Shown: positions 45,379 through 56,196, counted from the stretch's first letter. The stretch: DNA of 64,000 nucleotides from an uncultured Alphaproteobacteria bacterium (GCA_963742385.1 CAVULS010000004.1:89747-153746); one strand, 5' to 3'. Translations and numbers: made by a program. Notes: generated by a model from the letters alone, not told the origin.

Positions 45379-45606
45379 ATGAGAAAGTATCTTTTGGCCG
45401 CCGCGCTTGCTGTCCTTGCAGGTTCGTCGGCTCTGGCCGCGACGCATCACACTCGTGCGGTGCGCAACGATCCGGCGAAGTCAGCCTACGATTACGTCAC
45501 GCCGAGTTCCGACATCGTCGGTTCGACCGGAGTACTCGGGGCCGGCGCCAATCCGGTTACCCAGTCGCGGCAGCTTGAAGACAATCAGGCCAATTTCGGC
45601 GACTGA
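45379..45606 (+). CDS. Small secreted protein, 75 aa
   Basis: AGGAG SD; 20-aa signal peptide ending ALA then ATHH. Confidence 0.7.
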   Translation: MRKYLLAAALAVLAGSSALAATHHTRAVRNDPAKSAYDYVTPSSDIVGSTGVLGAGANPVTQSRQLEDNQANFGD

Positions 45607-45631
45607 TCGTCACGCCTGACCTACGACAACC

Positions 45632-45658
45632 CAAAGCCCGGCCTCGCGCCGGGCTTTG
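45632..45658. terminator. Terminator-like hairpin
   Basis: CAAAGCCCGGC-ctcgc-GCCGGGCTTTG. Confidence 0.7.
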
Positions 45659-45841
45659 TTCTGCCGCCACGTAGCTCGATGCGAAAGCGTTGCGGTGAAG
45701 CCGGTGCCCGCAGCGCTTGCGGGTAAGGCCCTACCGTGCAGGCCCTTCCCGTGCGGGCCGTATCCGTAGTCCTACGCGTGTTTTTCATTCGCGGCGCAGG
45801 CGATGCTGCGCCGCAAGGACAGGGAGATTTTGGAGTGTCCC

Positions 45842-46069
45842 ATGAAGAAACTCGTGACTGCTGTTTTGATCGCCGCATCGGTCGCCACGCCGGCGCTGGC
45901 CAAGTCTCACCACCTGGCCTCGCCACAGGCGGCTGCAGCGCAGGCGTCGGTGCCTTCTTCCTCGGCCGATCCCTACAGCGTGATCATCAACGGCCAGAGT
46001 GTCGGCCGCGACCCCGACGCCAATGTGCGACTGATGTTGACGCGCGATCCGCAGACCTACTCGTCGTGA
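45842..46069 (+). CDS. Small secreted protein, 75 aa, GxDPD motif
   Basis: GGAG SD; 20-aa signal peptide ending ALA then KSHH; C-terminal GRDPDANVRLMLTRD. Confidence 0.75.
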   Translation: MKKLVTAVLIAASVATPALAKSHHLASPQAAAAQASVPSSSADPYSVIINGQSVGRDPDANVRLMLTRDPQTYSS

Positions 46070-46094
46070 TTTCGACGCAATAGCGACAGCGACG

Positions 46095-46121
46095 CAAAGC
46101 CCGGCTCAACGCCGGGCTTTG
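46095..46121. terminator. Terminator-like hairpin
   Basis: CAAAGCCCGGC-tcaac-GCCGGGCTTTG; same stem as 45632-45658. Confidence 0.7.
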
Positions 46122-46197
46122 TGCTAAGGGAGGCTGGCCGGGGCATGCCGCCGGTGCAGCGTCTTTACGCGCGCCCCGGAATGCCGAATAAAGCGCC

Positions 46198-47283
46198 ATG
46201 GCCAGCATCGACCGGCAGCAGGCGTTTTCCGGCACCAAGGAGGTGGCCTCCGCGCTGGTGCTCGATGCGGCGCGGCTCGAGAACTATTTCACGCAGAATG
46301 TGACAGGCTTCGCCGGGCCGCTGACAGTCAAGCAATTCAAGGGCGGGCAGTCGAACCCGACTTATCTCCTGGATACTCCGACGCGGCGCTATGTGCTGCG
46401 GCGCAAGCCGCCGGGCAAATTGCTGCCCTCGGCGCACGCGGTCGACCGCGAATACCGCGTCATCCGCGCGCTCTACGCGCAAGGCTTTCCGGTCGCCGAA
46501 CCGATCCTCTACTGCGCCGACGACAGCATCGCCGGCACGGCGTTCTACGTGATGGGCTTTGTCGACGGCCGCGTGTTCTGGGAACCGCAGATGCCCGGCT
46601 CGAATGCCGCGGAGCGCGCCGCGGTCTATGACGCGATGAACGCAACCATTGCGCAGCTGCACAGCTTCGATCCGGCACGCATCGGGCTTTCCGATTTCGG
46701 CAAGGGCGAGAATTATGTCGCGCGCCAGGTCGAGCGCTGGTCGAAGCAATACCGCGCCTCGGAAACGGAAAAAATCGACGCCATGGAACGACTGATCGAC
46801 TGGCTGCCGCAGCATATTCCGCCCGGCGGCCCGGTGCGGCTGGTGCATGGCGACTACCGGCTCGACAATCTCATCGTCGCGGCGAAGAGCCCGGATATTC
46901 TCGCCGTGCTCGACTGGGAATTGTCGACGCTCGGCGATCCGCTCGCCGATTTCACCTACCACTTGATGGCCTGGCACATGCCGCATTCGGACAGCGCCGC
47001 CGGCACCGCCTCACTGGCCGGCCACGACCTTGCCGCGCTCGGCATTCCGACAATGGCGGACTATGTTGACGCCTATGTCGCGCGCACCGGGCTTGATCCG
47101 CGTCCGGCGCTGCCGGTCTATCTCGCCTACAATTTCTTCCGCATCGCCGCCATTCTGCAAGGCATCATCGGCCGCGTGCGCGACGGCACTGCCACCTCGG
47201 AATTTGCGCCCGCCAAGGCCGAGCTGATCCGCCCTCTGGCGGAAAAAGCCTGGGAATTCGCCCGCGCGGCCGGGGCGGACTGA
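46198..47283 (+). CDS. APH-family phosphotransferase (ACAD10/11 kinase-like)
   Basis: GGQSNPTY, LLPSAHAVDRE, HGDYRLDN, VLDWELSTLGDPLAD. Confidence 0.92.
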   Translation: MASIDRQQAFSGTKEVASALVLDAARLENYFTQNVTGFAGPLTVKQFKGGQSNPTYLLDTPTRRYVLRRKPPGKLLPSAHAVDREYRVIRALYAQGFPVAEPILYCADDSIAGTAFYVMGFVDGRVFWEPQMPGSNAAERAAVYDAMNATIAQLHSFDPARIGLSDFGKGENYVARQVERWSKQYRASETEKIDAMERLIDWLPQHIPPGGPVRLVHGDYRLDNLIVAAKSPDILAVLDWELSTLGDPLADFTYHLMAWHMPHSDSAAGTASLAGHDLAALGIPTMADYVDAYVARTGLDPRPALPVYLAYNFFRIAAILQGIIGRVRDGTATSEFAPAKAELIRPLAEKAWEFARAAGAD

Positions 47284-47387
47284 ACACGGTCAACAGATCC
47301 TTTCACCTCACGGTCGAATTTCGCGCGGCGGCGCAGCGCAAAATTGAGGACGGCCGCTACGCTGCGGCCTCAATTGAAAGTGCAATC

Positions 47388-47561
47388 ATGTCCGTGAGTA
47401 CAATCGGCGTTCAGACCGTCATGCCGCAAACTGAAACCGGGCCGAACACCCCGCCGCCGCAACCGCAGCCGCAAGCGGCGAACGATAATGACGCCGACGG
47501 CGCCCCCAAGCAGGCGCCGCCGCCTCCGGGCATGGGCAAGTACGTCGACAAAACCGTATAG
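47388..47561 (+). CDS. Putative 57-aa Pro/Gln-rich protein (not in ORF track)
   Basis: MSVSTIGVQTVMPQTETGPNTPPPQPQPQAANDNDADGAPKQAPPPPGMGKYVDKTV*; stop abuts the tadA stop. Confidence 0.6.
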   Translation: MSVSTIGVQTVMPQTETGPNTPPPQPQPQAANDNDADGAPKQAPPPPGMGKYVDKTV

Positions 47562-48008
47562 CTATCGTCGCGCCGCGAAGAACTCGCGCAAGAGCGCGGC
47601 GCCGTCGCTTTCGGAAATTCCGCCATAGACTTCCGGCCGATGATGGCAGGTGGCTTGCGTGAAAAAGCGCGCGCCGTTTTCCACCGCACCGCCTTTCGGA
47701 TCGGCGGCGCCGAAATAAAGCCGGCGGATGCGGGCAAAGGACATCGCCGCCGCGCACATGGCGCAGGGCTCCAGCGTCACATAGAGATCGCAGTCGCTGA
47801 GCCGCTCGGAGCCAAGCGCGCCTGCTGCGGCGCGGATTGCCAGCATTTCGGCATGCGCGGTCGGGTCTTTGTCGGCGAGCGTGCGGTTTCCGGCGCGGGC
47901 AACGATCGTTTCGCCGCGCACGATGACGCAGCCGACCGGCACTTCGCCGCGCGCTGCGGCAGCGCGGGCTTCTTCCAAGGCGAATTGCATGAACGAAGGC
48001 GAGGTCAT
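47562..48008 (-). CDS. tadA: tRNA adenosine deaminase
   Basis: GEVPVG, DPTAHAE, TLEPCAMC, DPKGG, FF..RR. Confidence 0.92.
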   Translation of the reverse strand: MTSPSFMQFALEEARAAAARGEVPVGCVIVRGETIVARAGNRTLADKDPTAHAEMLAIRAAAGALGSERLSDCDLYVTLEPCAMCAAAMSFARIRRLYFGAADPKGGAVENGARFFTQATCHHRPEVYGGISESDGAALLREFFAARR

Positions 48009-48018
48009 TGTGTTTTCC

Positions 48019-48143
48019 GCCATGCCCGGCTTTATGCGGGGCATCCACGTCTTTTATGCCGCACCGTGTATAAGGCGTGGATGGCCGGGACAAGTACCAC
48101 GACCGGGCCGGCCGATGGCCGGGCCCGGTTGCCCGGCCATGAC
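48019..48143 (-). repeat. Family I palindromic element with a nested extra hairpin
   Basis: CATGCCCGGC..GGCATCCACGTC...CGTGGATGGCCGGGACAAG[insert]CCCGGCCATGAC in the tadA/rluB divergent gap. Confidence 0.85.
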
Positions 48144-48154
48144 GGCTGATAGGC

Positions 48155-49133
48155 ATGAACGATACATCAAAGCTCGAAGGCGAACGCATCGCCAAGGTGA
48201 TCGCGCGGGCGGGGCTTGCCTCGCGGCGCGAGGCAGAGGCCTGGATCGCCGCGGGCCGCGTCGCCGTCAACGGCGCGGTTATCGCTTCGCCGGCGCTCAA
48301 CGTCACGGCCGCGGACCACATCGCGGTCGATGGCATCGCCCTGCGAAGCCGCGAGCGCACGCGGCTGTTCCTCTACAACAAGCCGCGCGGGCTGGTGACC
48401 ACGCATTCCGACCCGCAGGGGCGGCCGACAATCTTTCGCGCACTGCCGAAAAACCTGCCGCGGCTGATCAGCGTCGGCCGGCTCGACCTCAACACCGAGG
48501 GGCTGCTGTTGCTCACCAATGACGGCGGCCTCGCGCGCGTGCTGGAATTGCCGACGACCGCCTGGCTGCGCCGTTACCGCGTGCGCGCGCACGGCCGCGT
48601 CACCCAAGACGCGCTCGATCGTTTGCGCTCCGGCGTCACCATCGACGGCGTGCGCTACGGACCGGTCGAGGCAACGCTCGACCGCGAACAGGGCAGCAAT
48701 GTCTGGCTCACGTTTGCGATCCGCGAAGGCAAGAACCGCGAGGTGCGCAAGGTGCTGGAGTCGCTCGGGCTGAAGGTCAACCGGCTGATCCGTGTCTCGT
48801 TCGGACCGTTCCAGCTGGGAGAGCTGGACGATGGCGCGGTCAAGGAAATCGAGTCGCAGGCGCTGCGCGCCGAACTCGGCGAAAAAATCGTCAGCGAGGC
48901 CGGCTGCGATTTCGAGTCGCCGATTATCGAGCACGAGCCGAACCCCTCCACGTCATCCCGAGGCGAGAGCGCGCAATGCGCGCGAGCATCGGAAGACGGC
49001 GGGCCGCTCATCCTTCGAGGCGCGAAGGCGCGCAGCTCAGGATGACGGATCGAAGCCTTCGCGCGGCCGCGAGCCTAAAAAGCCGCCCCGCCGCGACCGC
49101 CGCGGCGGGCCGCGCCCATCGAGACCGAAATAA
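48155..49133 (+). CDS. rluB: 23S rRNA pseudouridine synthase (RluB/RsuA family); ends at 49045 as sequenced, 49133 if one C near 48943 is an error
   Basis: S4 domain ERIAKVIARAG..SRRE, KPRG, VGRLDLNTEGLLL, EGKNREVR, LIRVSFG. Confidence 0.9.
48951..49047 (+). repeat. Family II palindromic element within the rluB 3' end
   Basis: CGTCATCCCGAGG...CATCCTTCGAGG...CTCAGGATGACG. Confidence 0.85.
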
Positions 49134-49688
49134 TGCGCGTGGTCGGCGGCAGATTGCGCTCGCGGCCGATCGCCGGACCGAAGGGCGAAGGCCTTGCGCC
49201 CGACCGCCGATCGCTTGCGCGAAGCGCTGTTCAACATCCTCACCCACGCCTATGGCGACCCGGTTAGTGGTGCGCGCGTGCTCGATCTGTTCGCCGGCAC
49301 CGGTGCGCTCGGCATCGAGGCGATCTCGCGCGGGGCTTCCTACGCGCTGTTCGTCGACGACGGCGTCGAGGCGCGGGCGCTGCTGCGCGACAATGTCGAG
49401 TCGCTGGGGCTCGGCGGCGTCACTCGCATCTTCCGCCGCGACGCGACGAAACTGGGACCCGCGCATCCGCTGGAGCCGTTCTCGCTCGCCTTCCTCGATC
49501 CGCCCTATGGCAAGGGCCTTGCCGAAAAGGCGCTCGCTTCGGCGCGCGAGGGCGGCTGGCTGGTACCGGGTGCGCTGGTGGTGGTCGAAGAAGCAGTCGA
49601 TGCCGGCTTCAAGGCGCCGGAAGGGTTCAGCGAGCTCGAGCGTCGCCAATACGACGATACGGAGCTGGTAATTCTTCGTGCTCCCTAG
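49133..49688 (+). CDS. rsmD: 16S rRNA m2G966 methyltransferase (frameshift near 49190)
   Basis: MRVVGG.., [30 protein letters not shown]. Confidence 0.93.
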
Positions 49689-51495
49689 CGGCGACCGAAC
49701 AGCCGCTCGATATCGCCGAGCTTCAATTCAACATAGGTCGGGCGGCCGTGGTTGCACTGGCCGGAATTGGGCACCGCTTCCATCTCGCGCAACAGCGCGT
49801 TCATCTCCTCCGGCTTGAGCCGCCGGCCGGCGCGCACCGAGCCGTAACAGGCCATGGTGGCGGAGACGTGCAGCAGCCGGCGCTCCAGCGGCAGCTCATC
49901 GTCCCATTCGGCCATGTGCTCGGCGAGGTCGCGCAGCAGCCCGCGCACGTCGACTTCGCCCAACAAAGCCGGCGTCTCGCGCACCGCCACCGCGCCGGGA
50001 CCGAAGGCCTCGATGACGAGGCCGAAGCGCGCGAGCTCCGTCGGCGCGGGCGACGAGCCGTGCCGCGTCGGCCTCGTCGAGCTCGACGATCTCCGGAATG
50101 AGCAGGATCTGCCGCGCCACGCCGGACTTCTCCAGCGCCGCCTTCATCCGCTCATAGACGATGCGCTCATGCGCGGCGTGCTGGTCGACGATGACCAGCC
50201 CGTCGCGCGTCTGCGCAACGATATAGGTCTCGTGCAGCTGCGCGCGGGCGGCGCCGAGCGGGCGCTCGATCAGCTCCGGCGCCGGCTCGTGGCTCTCGAC
50301 GCGGGCGTCGGCCGATGGCGCGCCGACATCGAAGGCGGATTGCGCGGCTTCGGCAAAGCCAAGCGCGGCGTTGCCACGCATGGGAAAGCTCGCCGGCCGC
50401 GCAAGGGGCGCTGAATGCGAGCGCCGCCAGTCGTAGGAACCGCGTCTGGCCACGCCGAGCGGACGGAACGCGGCGATGGTGGCGCTGCCGCCCGTGGTCG
50501 CCGCGCGCTGACCCTCACGCGACAGCGCCGTCTTCAGCGCGCTCACGATCAGCCCGCGCACCAGCCCGCCGTCGCGGAAGCGCACTTCGGTCTTGGCCGG
50601 ATGCACGTTGACGTCGACCTCGCGCGCTGAAAGCGTGACGAACAGCGCCAGCACCGGATGGCGGTCGCGCGGCAGGTAATCGGCGTAAGCCGCGCGCACC
50701 GCGCCGACCAGCAGCTTGTCGCGCACCGGGCGGCCGTTGACGAAGAGATACTGGCCGAGCGTATTGGCGCGCGAGAGTGTCGGCAGCCCGGCGAAGCCTT
50801 CGACGCGCACGCCGTCGCGTTCGGCCTCAATAGTGACGGCATTGGCGCGGAAATCGGCGCCGAGCACGTCGCCGAGGCGCGTGAGCCGATCGGCCGCCGC
50901 GCCCCAGGTCACCGGCGCGCGCTCCTCGCCGGCGAGCGTGAAGGCGACATCGGGGCGGCTCATGGCGAGGCGGCGCACCACCTCGCGCACGGCCTCCGCC
51001 TCGCTGCGGTCGGTTTTCAGGAATTTCAGCCGCGCCGGCGTCGCATAGAACAGATCGCGCACTTCGACGCTGGTCCCCTGCCCGAGCGCCGCCGGCTTCA
51101 CAGCAGACTTCTCGCCGGCATCGACCTCGATCGCCCAGGCATGAGGTTCGCCGGCGTGGCGCGTGGTGATCGTCAGCCGCGCCACGGCGCCGATCGAGGG
51201 CAGCGCCTCGCCGCGAAAACCGAGCGTGTTGATGGCGAGCAGGTCGTCGCCGGCAAGCTTGGAGGTGGCGTGGCGCTCGACCGCAAGCGCCAGATCGGCG
51301 CGGCTCATGCCCTCGCCGTCGTCGGTGACGCGAATCAGCCTGCGGCCGCCGCCGTCGGTGAGCACGTCGATGCGCCTGCGCGCCTGCATCGAGCGCGTTC
51401 TCGACCAGTTCCTTGACCGCGCTCGCCGGCCGCTCGACCACCTCGCCGGCGGCGATGCGGTTGACGATCGATTCGGAGAGCTGGCGGACGGGCAT
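49685..51495 (-). CDS. mutL: DNA mismatch repair protein MutL (two frameshifts)
   Basis: [46 protein letters not shown]. Confidence 0.96.
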
Positions 51496-51575
51496 CGGGC
51501 TGGCCTGATTCGGTTTCAGCCCGATTCTACCGGCGCGTGGCGGCCTTCGCGAGGCAAAGGCGGACACTGCCCCCG

Positions 51576-51998
51576 CTATTCAAGCGACGGCTTGCCGCCG
51601 CGCAGGCTCTTGATGTGAGAGCGATGCCTTTTGCCCTCGACGCGGCGCTTTTTCTCGCCTTTGGGCACCTTGGTGGCGCGGCGCGGCGTCGGCTTCACCG
51701 CGGCCTGGCGGATGAGATCGGCGAGGCGCTCGCGCGCGTCGGCGCGGTTGCGCTCCTGCGTGCGGTGCTGCTGGGCGATGATGACGATGACGCCCTCCTT
51801 GGTGAGGCGTTTGCCGGCGAGCCGCATCAACCGCACGGCGACGTCGTTGGGCAGCGACGGCGAATGGCGCACGTCGAAACGAAGCTGCACCGCCGAGGAG
51901 ACCTTGTTGACGTTCTGCCCGCCGGGGCCGGAGGCGCGCACGAAGGCTTCCGACAGTTCGGATTCGTCGATGGCGATGGCGTCGGTGATGCGGAGCAT
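51576..51998 (-). CDS. arfB: Ribosome rescue peptidyl-tRNA hydrolase
   Basis: [19 protein letters not shown], basic C-terminal tail. Confidence 0.93.
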   Translation of the reverse strand: MLRITDAIAIDESELSEAFVRASGPGGQNVNKVSSAVQLRFDVRHSPSLPNDVAVRLMRLAGKRLTKEGVIVIIAQQHRTQERNRADARERLADLIRQAAVKPTPRRATKVPKGEKKRRVEGKRHRSHIKSLRGGKPSLE

Positions 51999-52015
51999 GA
52001 GAATGCCTCAATCGG

Positions 52016-52119
52016 CCTCATGGTGAGGAGCCGGCCGAGCGTAGCGAAGGCTGGCGTCTCGAACCATGGGGCCGCCCCATCCTTCGAGACGCGCCCTTTG
52101 GCCGCTCCTCAGGATGAGG
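52016..52119. repeat. Family II palindromic element overlapping the pgi stop
   Basis: CCTCATGGTGAGGAG..GTCTCGAACCATG..CATCCTTCGAGAC..CTCCTCAGGATGAGG. Confidence 0.88.
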
Positions 52120-53432
52120 GCGGCGAAGCCAGATACTTCTTCGCCAGCACCTTGCCCTCTTCCACCGCCGGCTGATCGAAGGCATCGACGCCGAGCAGAT
52201 GCGCGGCGACGATGGTCTCGAGCATGAAATGCATCAGCAGTTCGCCGAGGCTTGCTTCGTCGAGCTTGGGGATCGCGATCGTGCGCACCGGACAGCCGTT
52301 CTTGGCCAGCGTGTCGGCGGTGGCGCGCGCTTCCGCCGCGGCAAGATCGCCGATGGTTTTGCCGCCGAGCCCCGGCTCGCCGGCGAGCGCGGCCAGTTCC
52401 TTGTCGATGCGCGGACCGAGGCCGGCGCTGGCGACGCTGACCACGGTGAACAGTTTGTCGCGCGGGCCGCCCAGATAGAGCTGCACCTGGCTGTGCTGGT
52501 CCACCGGTCCGAGCGCGCCGACCGGCGTCGTGCCCTTGCCGTTCTTGCCGAGGCTCTCGGCCCATAGCTGCACGTACCAGTGCGTGAAGCGCTCCAGACG
52601 GTCGCAATAGGCCATGACCACGCTGATCGTCTTGCCCTTGCTCTCGGCGAGCGCGACCGACAATGCGGCGCCAAGCGCGGCCGGCACCTCGGCCGGCTTT
52701 CTTCTTTGCCAGCACGGGCGCAAGCGCCGCCGCGGCACCTTTGCGGATTGCCGCGATGTCGAGACCGAGGATGGCCGCCGGCAAAAGTCCGACATTGGTG
52801 AGTGCCGAGAACCGCCCGCCGACGCCAGGATCGTGATCGAGCATCGGCACCTGATGCTTGCCGAGCAGATCGCGCAAGCCGTTGCGCTTACCGGCTTTGG
52901 CCGGTTCGGAGATGCCGAGGAAGGCGGCGCGCGGATCGACACGCGCTGCCTTGACCGCCGAGAGCGCGGCGATGGTCTGCATCAGCGTTTCTGCAGTGCC
53001 GCCGGATTTCGAGATCGCGACAAATCGCGAGGTTGCCAGCGGCAGCTTCGCCAGCATGGCCTCGAATGACAGTGGATCGAGATTGTCGATGAAATGCACC
53101 CGCGGGGGCTCGCGCAACGCGCCAACGCCCGGCACGGCATAGCCCGCCAACTGCGCCAGCGTCTGCCCGCCGAGGCTGGAGCCGCCGGTACCGAGGATGA
53201 CGATATCGGTCGCGCCATTCGAGAGCTTCCTGGCCGCGTCGCGAATGCCGGCGAGATCGTCCTGCCTGTCCGGCAGCCGCAGCAGCGGCAAGCCGCCGTC
53301 GGCATGGCGCGCGCGCAGCCAGTCAAGCGCGCCATCGGCGCGCCCAAGCGTGGCATTCAGCGCATCGGCGGCGACGCCGTGTGCCCCGATGCTCTTTTCA
53401 AGCGCGCTGTCGATCGATTGATGGATTGCCAT
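52109..53432 (-). CDS. pgi: Glucose-6-phosphate isomerase, short type (frameshift near 52700)
   Basis: GTGGSSLG, ISKSGGTAET, VGGRFS, QLWAESLGK, DQHSQ, FDQPAVEEGK. Confidence 0.93.
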
Positions 53433-53510
53433 GGCAGCCGCAGGTTTCGCACCCCGTATTTGCCGGGAGTCGGGACCGGGCACAACCGTGAAAACGAGGG
53501 ATCGTTCCGC

Positions 53511-54829
53511 TCACTCCGAACTGACGCCGGCCGGCTTGCCGGCGACGGTGACCAGCATGCCACCGGCATAGAGGCGCTTGGCCACCCGCTTGGCATCGCC
53601 GATGGTGACGGCATCGATGACGGCCCCGCGGCGATCAATGTAGTCGATGCCGAGATTGTCGAGCTGGATCTGCGTCAACTGCGCGGCGATCTTGCCCGAG
53701 GTGTCGAGGCCGAGCGCGTAGGAATTCTTCACATACGACTTGGCGGCGGCGAGTTCCATTGCGGTCGGGCCGTCTTCGGCCATGCGCTTGGTTTCGCTCT
53801 GGATGATCGCCAGCGTATCGCCGGTGCGGTCGGCGCGGGTGGCGGTGCCGCCGAGAACGACCGCAGAACTCTTGAACCAGACCAGGCTGTCGGAGACGCC
53901 ATAGGCAAGCCCGCGCTTCTCGCGCACCTCTTTGTAGAGGCGCGAGGTGAAGGCGCCGCCGCCGAGGATGTGATTGACCAGATAGGCCGCCATGAAATCC
54001 GGGTCGCTGCGCTCGATGCCCGGCCCGCCGAAAGTCACCACCGCTTGCGGCACGTCGATCGGGATGACGATGCGGCGGCCGAGGCCGGCCGCGGTCGCTG
54101 CCGGCACCGGTTTGAGGTTGTTTTTCGCCGGCAGCGAGGCAAAGGCGCGATCGATCAGCTTGCCTGCCGACTCGGCGTCGATGTCGCCGACGATCGAAAT
54201 CGTCAGCCCGTTGCGGGCGAAGGCGCGGCCAACATAGTCGCGCATGTCGGCGACGGTGATGCGCGGCACTGTTTCAAGCGTTCCGCCGCTTTCGAGGCCG
54301 TAAGGATGGCCGGGAAAGGCGGTCGCCCACCAGTTGCGGTTGGCGATTTCGTTGGGACTGACGGCGGCGCGGCGCAGCAACGACAATTGCTGGCTGCGCA
54401 TGCGCTCGACCGCCTCGGCGTCGAAGCGCGGCGCGGTCGAGCGCAAGATGCAGAAGGTCGAAAGCCTCGTCGCGATTGTCGTTGAGCGTGCGCAGCGAGC
54501 CGTAGAAATAGTCGCGGCTGACGCGGAAGCCGAGCTCGATGGCGCTGTCTTCCAGCTTCTCGTGGAAAGTCTTGCCGTCGAGGTAGCCGGCGCCTTCGTC
54601 GAGCAGGCTGGCGGCGAGATTGGCGGCGCCGGATTTGTCGGCCTCGTCCTGGCTGGAGCCGCCATGAAAGGCGTAATTGAGCGAGATCAGCGGCACCGTT
54701 TGCTCGCGCACCAGCCAGGCCTCGATCCCGGCGGGGCTGACAATGCGCTCGATATGCATCGCCGATGCAGGCGTGGCGGCGATCAGGGCCAGCAGCGCGA
54801 GCGCTGTATAGTGCGATACGCCGCATCAT
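53511..54829 (-). CDS. M16B peptidase, subunit lacking HxxEH (frameshifted)
   Basis: SPAGIEAWLV, LLDEGAG, HPYG, NHILGGG..SRLYKEVREKRGLAY. Confidence 0.85.
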
Positions 54830-56196
54830 GATTTTTTCTCCGCCTGCGCGCTCGTGTCCTTGACCAGATAGCCGGTGACCGAGCGTTTCTTGTCGAGCCA
54901 TTGGCGGGCGGCATCCTGCACCTGCTGGCGCCGTCACCACGCGGATGCGATCAGGCCAGCGCTGCACGTCGCTAACGGTTGCGCCGGTGGTAAGCGCGGT
55001 GCCGTACCAGCGCGCAAGACTCATCTGATTGTCCTGGGCATAGACCGCATCGGCGATCAGCCGGGTCTTGGCGCGCGCCAATTCATCGGCGGCGATGCCT
55101 TTGTCGATGACCGTCGGCGATGACGCCGTCGATATCGCCTTCGAGCTGCGGCAGGCTGGTGCCCGGCTGCGGCACGCCGTAGACGCCGAATTTAGACATA
55201 TCGATCGCGGAACTGTCGTAATAGGCGCCGGCGGCAACGGCGACGTGCTTGTCGGCGACCAGCGCGCGGTAGAGCCGGCTGTTCTCGCCGGTGCCGAGGA
55301 TTTGGCGACAGCACTTCCAAGCGCCTCGGACTGGCCGGGCTTGCCGCTGTGAAACGACGGCACCAGGTAGGCGCGCTGCAGCATCGGCTGCTCGACGTGC
55401 GGGTCGGCAAGCGTCAGCGAACGCACCGCCGCGGGCGGCGGTTCCTGCGGACGCTCGACGCGGAACGATGTTCTTGTTGGCGGGGAGCTTGCCGTAGGTT
55501 TCTTCGGCGAACTTGCGCGCCTGATCCGGCTCGATATCGCCGGCAACAACGACGATCGCATCGTTGGGCGCGTAAAAACGGCGATAGAAACCGATGGCGT
55601 CGTCGCGGTCGAGCTGCTCCATCTCGTGACGCCAGCCGATGGTCGGCTTGCCGTAAGGGTGATTGAGATAGAGCGCGGCATCGATCTGAATTCGCCAAGC
55701 CGCGCGCGCGGATTGTTCTCGACGCGCATGTTCTCTTCTTCGAGGATCACGTCGCGCTCGGGCAGCACCACGTCGTCGGTGAGCTTGAGGCCGGTCATGC
55801 GGTCAGCCTCGAATTCCATCATCGACTTTAGCTGATCGGGTGGGATGCGCTGGTAATAGCCGGTGTAGTCGTTCGAGGTGAAGGCGTTTTCGTGTGCGCC
55901 GACGGCGGCGACGGCCAGCGAGAACTTGCCGCTCGGATTTTTTGCCGTGCCCTTGAACATCAGATGCTCGAGGAAATGCGCCAAGCCCCGATTTGCCCGC
56001 CGTCTCGTCAGCGGCGCCGACCTTGTACCAGACCATGTGGGTGACCACCGGCGCGCGGTGATCGGGAATGACGACCAGTTCGAGGCCATTCGCCAGAGTG
56101 AAATCGGCAATCGAAGGCGCGGCGGCCGCGGGCGACGGCCGCGCCGGCAATAACAAGAGCTCCGATGACCGCGGCATCGAGCAGCGATCGAAGCAT
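54826..56196 (-). CDS. M16B zinc peptidase, catalytic subunit (several frameshifts)
   Basis: [31 protein letters not shown] (HxxEH), NAFTS.DYT. Confidence 0.88.
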
